Of a DNA stretch of 13,599 nucleotides, positions 7,618-13,599 are shown in pieces; positions within the stretch are counted from its first letter, which is position 1; each line of letters opens with the position of its first letter. The DNA comes from Bdellovibrionota bacterium FG-2 (GTDB lineage Bacteria > Bdellovibrionota > UBA1018): positions 1 to 13,599 of the forward strand of contig JBBCAV010000079.1 in assembly GCA_051382305.1 (NCBI GenBank), in the 5' to 3' direction. A model generated the notes under the pieces. That model saw only the letters and a list, made by a program, of their open reading frames with translations. It ran no database searches and was not told where the DNA came from. The position numbers and the translations under genes were made by a program.

Positions 7618-8562
7618 ATGAGTGATCAACGACCCACAATTCTCATCACCGGCGCTTCAGGGGGACTTGCCAGTATCGTCGTCGACATTCTAACTAAGGA
7701 CTACCGATTGGTTGGCGTCGACCCGAGGCCCATGCCTATGGGGAGAAATTTTCCTGGCGAGTTTCACCAAATTGACTATAGCCACCGCAAGATGTCTGAG
7801 CTCTTCAGACAAAATCGTTTTTTTGCCCTGTTGCACCTCGGCCGAATTCGGGCCGATGGAAAAACTACGAAAAGCTTTCGATATCGCGTGAATGTCTTGG
7901 GAACCGGAAACCTTCTTCGCCTAGCGCGGAAATACGGTTTACAGAATCTTATTATTTTTAGTACCTTCCACGTTTACGGCGCCCACCGGGCCAATCATGT
8001 TCATATTTCAGAGGACGCGCCTCTTCGTGCCTCGCAGATTTTCCCTGAACTTGTTGATGCGATTGAGCTTGATCATGTCGCAACGACATTCATGTGGCAG
8101 TACCGCGATGTCAGAACGGTGGTCCTGCGCCCCGTCAACGTCATTGGCCGGCGAATCAACAACACCATGTCAGAAATGCTTCGCGCCAATTTTTGCCCGA
8201 CACTTCTGGGTCATGACCCATTGCAGCAATTTGTTCACGAACAAGACGTCGCGCGCGCGCTCTATTTATGCCTAAAGGGCGAACACTCAGGGGTCTACAA
8301 TATCAGCGGAGAAGGCGCGATCCCCTGGTCAAAGGCGATCCTCCAGGCGGGCTCATTGCCCGTGCCAGTCCCTCCTTTTCTTGCCTACCCCTTGGTCGGC
8401 GCACTTTCAAAGCTAAGACTGAGTTTTCCCAAGCATTTGATTGATTATTTTAAGTATCCTACCGTTGTTTCGGACGCCGCATTTCGTAAGGATTTTGGTT
8501 TTGAACCGAGCATTAGTATGATTGACGCACTGAGAAGCCTTAATCCTTCCAGCTCGAGTTAA
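7618..8562 (+). CDS. NAD-dependent epimerase/dehydratase-family (extended/atypical SDR) protein
   Basis: ILITGASGGLA Rossmann motif, VNVLGT, FSTFHVYG, VVLRPVNVIG, QFVHEQDVARA and GVYNISG. No YxxxK at the expected position. Confidence 0.9.
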   Translation: MSDQRPTILITGASGGLASIVVDILTKDYRLVGVDPRPMPMGRNFPGEFHQIDYSHRKMSELFRQNRFFALLHLGRIRADGKTTKSFRYRVNVLGTGNLLRLARKYGLQNLIIFSTFHVYGAHRANHVHISEDAPLRASQIFPELVDAIELDHVATTFMWQYRDVRTVVLRPVNVIGRRINNTMSEMLRANFCPTLLGHDPLQQFVHEQDVARALYLCLKGEHSGVYNISGEGAIPWSKAILQAGSLPVPVPPFLAYPLVGALSKLRLSFPKHLIDYFKYPTVVSDAAFRKDFGFEPSISMIDALRSLNPSSSS

Positions 8563-8590
8563 ATTTCGACATATTTTCTCTATTTCCCCC

Positions 8591-8618
8591 TTAATAAACC
8601 CCCTAGCTTTACCGATGC
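8591..8618 (+). promoter_or_regulatory. Possible internal sigma28-type promoter upstream of the MCP gene
   Basis: TTAA-N16-ACCGATGC. It aligns without gaps to the cheA promoter (TAAA-N16-GCCGAAAA), and both are preceded by TTCCCCC. Confidence 0.5.
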
Positions 8619-8664
8619 GTACTAATGGAAACGCCCTGCGTGGGCATGTGTAAAGGGGGATGGA

Positions 8665-10041
8665 ATGAAAAACTGGTCACTTAAAAACAAGCTTTTAGCT
8701 TTCGGGATCGTGCTCGTCGCGGGGGGCACGGGGATTTTAGGCTTCTACCTCTTTTCTATGAAACTCATCATGAGTGTTCACGGTGAACAACAAACACCAT
8801 ACATCTTTTGGTCGACGCTCACCCTTGGAGCGATGATCTTCATCGGCTCCGGCATGGGGCTTTTCCTCACGCGCTATCTCGCAATCACTATCAGCAACGC
8901 ACTCAACGCGACGCTAACACTCCTTGATGGAGAGACCCATCAAACTCAAACTGCCGCAACCAGCGTCAGCTCAGCTTCGACCAATCTCGCTCAATCCTCC
9001 ACCCAGCAAGCAGCGGCTCTTCAACAAACTGCTTCATCCGTTGAAGAAATGAATGCCATGGTTTCAAAAAGTGCCGACAACGCGCAACGTGCATCCGAAA
9101 CTTCTAACGCCAGTTCTGATGTCGCGACCCGCGGGAAACAAGCCGTCACCCAAATGATCGACGCGATCAAAGACATCAACACCAGCAATCACAACATCAT
9201 GCAACAGATCGAAGAAAGCAATGCTCGCATCACCGAAATCACTCATGTCATTGCTGAAATTGGGAACAAGACCAAAGTCATCAACGACATCGTCTTTCAG
9301 ACCAAACTCCTCTCTTTTAATGCTTCGGTCGAAGCCGCCCGCGCGGGCGAGCACGGCAAAGGTTTTGCGGTAGTTGCCGAAGAAGTCGGAAACTTAGCCC
9401 AAATGAGCGGCAATGCTGCAAAAGAGATCGCCGAGATGCTCAATGGGAGCATCGAAAAAGTTGAATCCATTGTCACCGACACAAAATCCAAAGTGGGCAT
9501 TCTCATCGCGGATGGCAAGACCAAAGTCGAAGCGGGCACGGCGACGGCTACCCAAAGCGGAAAGGTCTTGGATGAAATTGTCGAGAAAGTAAACGAAGTG
9601 AATTCGATGGTGGGCGAGATCACGAGCGCCACCCGAGAGCAATCCCAAGGCATTAGTGAAATCACGAGCGCCATTGGACAAATGGACCAAGTCACCCAAC
9701 AAAACTCCGGAATCTCGCAACAAATTGCGAGCTCCGCTGTTCAACTCTCCTCGCAGGCGCAGTCCTTGCGAGCGCTCTTCGTCTCCCTCAATCAAGTTGT
9801 GAACGGAAGCCAGAAAGAGAAACCTACGCCAAAAGCCAAAGTCGCAAAAACTAAGGCCGCAAAAACTAAGGCCGCAAAGCCCAAGTGGACTGCCGCTGTC
9901 CCCACCAAACCTTCGAACGTGATCCCTTTCAAACCACCTGAGAAAACACCCGAACTTATCCGTGAGACTCCTGTCGCTCCCCCGGCCGTTGGGAGTGAAC
10001 AAATTCCCTCAGAGAACGACCCTCGATTCAAAGAAGTCTAA
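8665..10041 (+). CDS. Methyl-accepting chemotaxis protein with two TM helices, no periplasmic ligand-binding domain and a long C-terminal tail
   Basis: Hairpin tip [37 protein letters not shown]; methylation helices [16 protein letters not shown] and MDQVTQQNS; two hydrophobic segments separated by about 15 aa; C-terminus [11 protein letters not shown]-like AAGGGGGA upstream. Confidence 0.97.
   Translation: MKNWSLKNKLLAFGIVLVAGGTGILGFYLFSMKLIMSVHGEQQTPYIFWSTLTLGAMIFIGSGMGLFLTRYLAITISNALNATLTLLDGETHQTQTAATSVSSASTNLAQSSTQQAAALQQTASSVEEMNAMVSKSADNAQRASETSNASSDVATRGKQAVTQMIDAIKDINTSNHNIMQQIEESNARITEITHVIAEIGNKTKVINDIVFQTKLLSFNASVEAARAGEHGKGFAVVAEEVGNLAQMSGNAAKEIAEMLNGSIEKVESIVTDTKSKVGILIADGKTKVEAGTATATQSGKVLDEIVEKVNEVNSMVGEITSATREQSQGISEITSAIGQMDQVTQQNSGISQQIASSAVQLSSQAQSLRALFVSLNQVVNGSQKEKPTPKAKVAKTKAAKTKAAKPKWTAAVPTKPSNVIPFKPPEKTPELIRETPVAPPAVGSEQIPSENDPRFKEV
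9843..9878 (+). repeat. In-frame 15-bp tandem repeat (2.4 copies) in the MCP tail
   Basis: cgcaaaaactaaggc x2 plus cgcaaa, encoding [12 protein letters not shown]. Confidence 0.9.
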
Positions 10042-10057
10042 TAAGGAAGTCTAAAAG

Positions 10058-11914
10058 ATGAACGCAACATTGATCGACGCAGTTTCCACAATCGTCACAA
10101 AGGTCGCCGGAATCCAACTGGGTCCCAAACAAGCGGCCATGGTCGAATCCCGAATGCTCAGACGCATGCTCCAACTCGGAATTGGGGATGCTGAGATCTA
10201 CCTCACCCATCTTAAAAATAATTCAACGTCCGAAACGCAGGCTCTGGTCTCATTGCTCACAACTCACCACACTCACTTTTTCAGAGAATTCATGCATTTT
10301 GAGTTTTTGGAGACTCAAGCGCTACCCGCTTTAATCCCCACTCTCCGACGAGAAGGCCGCAATACCCTTCGGGTCTGGTCTGCAGCCAGTAGCCGGGGGC
10401 AAGAAGTCTATTCGCTTTCTATGTTTCTTCATGCTCATCTTAAGAAAATGGCCCCCGATTTCAAATATGAAATTATGGGCAGCGATGTCGACGGCGAATC
10501 CGTTTCAATCGCAAAGAATGGCGTTTATCGCTATGATGAGATCAAGAGTATTCCCGCAATTTACGGCGCCGATCACTGGATTCGTGGTTCAGGAGAAATT
10601 GCGGATTTTGTGAAAGCCAAAGCCAGCATTCGAATGCCCTGCTCTTTTGAAACGGTGAATCTGCTCGACTTCGAGGCTCCCATGAAGGGGCGAACTTTTG
10701 ATATTATTCTTTGTCGCAACGTCTTCATCTATTTCAATCAGGAACAGATTGCCTCTATCTCGACAAATCTCCTCAAACACATGTCTCCTTATGGCTATTT
10801 CTTCATCGGGCTTTCCGAAAGTCTTACCGGTCTTCGACTTCCGGTCAAATCTCTTGCGCCTTCGGTTTATCAGCAAGTTCAATTACTCCCGAAAACCGAT
10901 GCGCTCAAACCAAGCGTGGCGCCGGTGGTAGCGATGCCGACTTTAGCACGCACGATCGCGCCTCAGATCTTGCGCGTTCTGTGTGTGGATGACTCTCCCA
11001 CCGTGCTCACGCTTCTTAAGAAACTCCTACAAAAAGAAGATGGCTTCGAAGTAGTGGCCACTGCCAAAAATGGGCTTGAGGCAACTCAAATGCTCAAACA
11101 GCACACCGTGGATGTTGTTACTCTCGACATTCATATGCCGGAGCAAAACGGCGTGGAGTATTTGCAGAAAAACATGAACCCGAAGCATCCTCCTGTCGTC
11201 GTAGTGAGCTCCGTCTCGCGCGAAGACTCAGGCCTTGGACTCAAAACTCTCGAATTGGGTGCCGTGGACTATGTTGAAAAGCCCGGCATGGCAGATCTCA
11301 CTGAACGCGCCGACGAGATTCGAACGAAACTTCGTTGCGCAGCTTTGTCTGCAAGTCTCCAGGAAAGCAAAGGCCCTTCTGAGGTGGACCAGTCGTTCAG
11401 CAAGAAATTCGTCATCAAGAACCCCGAAAAAAAGCTCCGCATTATCGCGGGCGGACTTGCCGATCGCGGAAAAATCGTCACGCTTCTAAGACAGATCAAT
11501 TCCAACTCCGAAGGAGAAAAACCACCTGTCCTGATCCTCGTGCCAGGATCAGGAAACGCGATCACGGCACTCGTCTCTCATTTAGAATCGGCTCTTGGCT
11601 TTAAACCTGAGCTTCTTGAGGGCGTGCCCTCTAAAGATCAACTCATCCCTTACAAAGTCTATATTGCCGACTTCGCCAAAAACATAGAAGGGTTCCGTGC
11701 TGTCTTGAGTTCTCGGGCGACGTCCATCATGATGTTTCGAGACATATCAAAAAAGGCGGTATCACGACTCACCAACTGGCCGAATGCGTCGTTTGTATTG
11801 GAAGATGGCCCCACCACAGTAGGGACTTACCTTCCCGGACGCTGCAGCCGAATCATTCCTCACACCAGTTTTGTTTACCATTCTGACGAGTTTTTATCTG
11901 GAACAGGCTTCTAA
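10058..11914 (+). CDS. cheR: CheR methyltransferase fused to a receiver domain and a degenerate CheB-like C-terminal domain
   Basis: CheR motifs TTHHTHFFRE, RVWSAASSRGQEVYSL, GSDVD and FDIILCRNVFIYF. REC motifs VLCVDDS, TLDIHMP, VVSS and DYVEKP. A further ~160-aa alpha/beta domain follows. Confidence 0.92.
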   Translation: MNATLIDAVSTIVTKVAGIQLGPKQAAMVESRMLRRMLQLGIGDAEIYLTHLKNNSTSETQALVSLLTTHHTHFFREFMHFEFLETQALPALIPTLRREGRNTLRVWSAASSRGQEVYSLSMFLHAHLKKMAPDFKYEIMGSDVDGESVSIAKNGVYRYDEIKSIPAIYGADHWIRGSGEIADFVKAKASIRMPCSFETVNLLDFEAPMKGRTFDIILCRNVFIYFNQEQIASISTNLLKHMSPYGYFFIGLSESLTGLRLPVKSLAPSVYQQVQLLPKTDALKPSVAPVVAMPTLARTIAPQILRVLCVDDSPTVLTLLKKLLQKEDGFEVVATAKNGLEATQMLKQHTVDVVTLDIHMPEQNGVEYLQKNMNPKHPPVVVVSSVSREDSGLGLKTLELGAVDYVEKPGMADLTERADEIRTKLRCAALSASLQESKGPSEVDQSFSKKFVIKNPEKKLRIIAGGLADRGKIVTLLRQINSNSEGEKPPVLILVPGSGNAITALVSHLESALGFKPELLEGVPSKDQLIPYKVYIADFAKNIEGFRAVLSSRATSIMMFRDISKKAVSRLTNWPNASFVLEDGPTTVGTYLPGRCSRIIPHTSFVYHSDEFLSGTGF

Positions 11915-11927
11915 ACAGGGTACGACT

Positions 11928-13370
11928 ATGATTCCTGCACACGCGCTTACACCCATCACCGCCAAATCCCCTGAAGTCATTCGTGCCGCCATTTCAAGCG
12001 GGGCGATCATTGCTGTATTTGATCTTGAGAGAAAAGTAGGGGGTGTTCTCTGCATTCCCGCCGATGGGGCAAGCCAGTCCGAAAGCCTCATTCAAAAACT
12101 TCTCTCAGATCTCGGCACAGGAACCTCTCCCCTTAATGCGAAAATCGTGGGCGATCCTTCTCTTCTGAATCAGATCAGAAAAACTCTCACGCGCGCTCGA
12201 GCCAAAATCGTTGGCGAAAAAGAGGAACTGATTTTTCCGATTGAGGCGTATTTTTATGTTGAAACCGGGAGGCTTCGAATCGCTGAAGCACCCTCAACGC
12301 CAAAAATAGTCGCCGCAAGGAGAAAAATTCGTGTCTTGATCGTCGATGATTCCAAGACCATCCAACAGCTGCTGACAAAAATCTTAAGCACCGACGAGGA
12401 GCTTGAGATTGTAGGCGTCGCGGATCGCCCTTCGGTCGCTGAAAAAATGATCCGAGAGAACAAACCCGATGTCATTACGCTCGACATCAATATGCCCGAA
12501 ATGGATGGCGTAAGTTTCCTTAAAAAGTTGCTACCCACCTATCCGATTCCTACGGTGATGATCAGCTCCATCAGTAAAGACGAAAGTACCGCCGTCTTTG
12601 ATGCCCTTGAATGTGGCGCCGTAGACTATATTCAAAAGCCATCGTTTGAAGAAATTACCACTGTGGCCCCTCTCATTATTGAAAAAGTGAAAACCGCAGC
12701 ATCCATTAAGGTCATGCCACGCACCTTACAAGATACCAAAACGTCCCACTATGCCACACCGCCTGAACGACTCAAAAACACCGGAATAACTGATTTTTCG
12801 ACCTTAGTCGCAATGGGTGCCTCTACGGGCGGAACCGAGGCACTCCGGGAAGTCTTGATCAGACTTCCCAAGGAGATTCCTCCCATTCTTATTGTTCAAC
12901 ACATTCCACCGGTTTTCTCTGCAGCTTTTGCCAACCGACTTAACAGCCTGTGTGAGTTTGAAGTCAAGGAGGCCGAGGATGGCGACGAGGTTAAACCCGG
13001 GCGCGTTCTTATTGCTCCGGGCGGTCTCCAAATGTCCTACAAAGCCAATCGAGGAGGGACTCCCGTTGTCGTCGTCAAAGATGGGGAAAGAGTAAATCGG
13101 CACAAACCCTCCGTCGACGTTCTTTTCCATTCGGTGGCCCAAGAAGTTGGAAAAAAGAGCATTGGAATCCTCCTCACCGGGATGGGGGCAGATGGCGCAA
13201 AAGGACTATTAGAAATGAAAACCACGGGGGCCCCTACTATCGCGCAAGACGAAGCGACCAGTGTTGTCTTCGGAATGCCCAGAGAAGCCATTCAAATTGG
13301 AGGTGCGGATTTCATAGAACCGCTTCCGCTTGTTGCCAAAAAACTTCTGGATTTGTTGCAAAAGAAATAA
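11928..13370 (+). CDS. cheB: CheB methylesterase (REC + esterase) with an N-terminal degenerate CheD-like domain
   Basis: Start reassigned to ATG 11928 (AGGG upstream, 13 nt after the cheR stop). REC motifs VLIVDDS, TLDINMP and DYIQKP. Esterase motifs GASTGG, IVQHIP, HKPSVDVLF, LLTGMGADGA and AQDEATSVVFGMP. Confidence 0.97.
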   Translation: MIPAHALTPITAKSPEVIRAAISSGAIIAVFDLERKVGGVLCIPADGASQSESLIQKLLSDLGTGTSPLNAKIVGDPSLLNQIRKTLTRARAKIVGEKEELIFPIEAYFYVETGRLRIAEAPSTPKIVAARRKIRVLIVDDSKTIQQLLTKILSTDEELEIVGVADRPSVAEKMIRENKPDVITLDINMPEMDGVSFLKKLLPTYPIPTVMISSISKDESTAVFDALECGAVDYIQKPSFEEITTVAPLIIEKVKTAASIKVMPRTLQDTKTSHYATPPERLKNTGITDFSTLVAMGASTGGTEALREVLIRLPKEIPPILIVQHIPPVFSAAFANRLNSLCEFEVKEAEDGDEVKPGRVLIAPGGLQMSYKANRGGTPVVVVKDGERVNRHKPSVDVLFHSVAQEVGKKSIGILLTGMGADGAKGLLEMKTTGAPTIAQDEATSVVFGMPREAIQIGGADFIEPLPLVAKKLLDLLQKK

Positions 13371-13599
13371 TGAAACACCTACTTATTGTGCTTATCGGGC
13401 TAGGAGTCACCGGGTGCGCCCACTACAGCCTGCCCGTCGGCGAACTTGAGTCACCCGAGACACTCGGTACGGGACAGACCGCATCAATGGATCTTGTCGG
13501 AATGCTCGGAGGTCCCGACCTCATTGCTTTATCTTTTCAGCCCCCCACCGACTCCCCTGATCCTTCCCCTAAAGAGTCGCCTCCAAATCCTTGCTTCGC
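13370..13599 (+). CDS. Putative lipoprotein, truncated by the window edge
   Basis: TAATG overlap with the cheB stop. MKHLLIVLIGLGVTG-CAHYSLP has a basic N-terminus, a hydrophobic core and the lipobox VTGC. The frame is open to the window end. Not in the ORF track. Confidence 0.75.
   Translation, partial: MKHLLIVLIGLGVTGCAHYSLPVGELESPETLGTGQTASMDLVGMLGGPDLIALSFQPPTDSPDPSPKESPPNPCF

Noticed and set aside
7618-8562. Naming the SDR galE (and the acyltransferase plsC)
   Set aside because: The SDR lacks YxxxK and the acyltransferase has HX6D rather than HX4D, so orthology is unsupported.
8563-8664. c-di-GMP riboswitch or intrinsic terminator in the SDR-MCP intergenic region
   Set aside because: There is no GEMM-like two-hairpin pattern, and the only local hairpin has a 4-bp stem with no U tract.
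9064-10031. Antisense ORFs over the MCP (up to 202 aa), and similar ones over cheA, cheY and cheB
   Set aside because: They have no recognisable motifs and are explained as antisense shadows of conserved genes.
11871-11927. Upstream TTG start for cheB
   Set aside because: It overlaps cheR by 44 nt. ATG 11928 follows the cheR stop and has an SD-like AGGG.
1-13599. CRISPR arrays, tRNA/rRNA genes, IS elements or prophage genes
   Set aside because: I saw no spaced direct repeats, RNA-gene signatures or transposase/integrase motifs. The window is almost fully protein-coding.

Overview
Bacterial genomic window of roughly 50% GC (estimated by eye). The protein style suggests Bdellovibrionota/Oligoflexia, but this is inference only. 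Two gene blocks diverge from an 82-bp intergenic region at 3831-3912. The + strand carries a chemosensory operon behind a sigma28/FliA-type promoter: cheA (no P2), cheW, cheY, an MGAT-like acyltransferase, an atypical SDR, a sensor-less MCP, a CheR-REC-pseudoCheB fusion, a pseudoCheD-REC-CheB fusion and a truncated lipoprotein. The - strand carries an exported, probably beta-barrel protein, a receiver-like/coiled-coil hypothetical protein and an HD-GYP protein. The HD-GYP gene runs off the left edge and is missing from the ORF track. The most notable points are two apparent lipid-metabolism genes coupled to cheY inside the che operon next to an MCP with almost no periplasmic domain, and an adaptation module made of two fusion proteins that each carry a catalytically degenerate domain. 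All domain calls come from manual motif reading, with no database searches.
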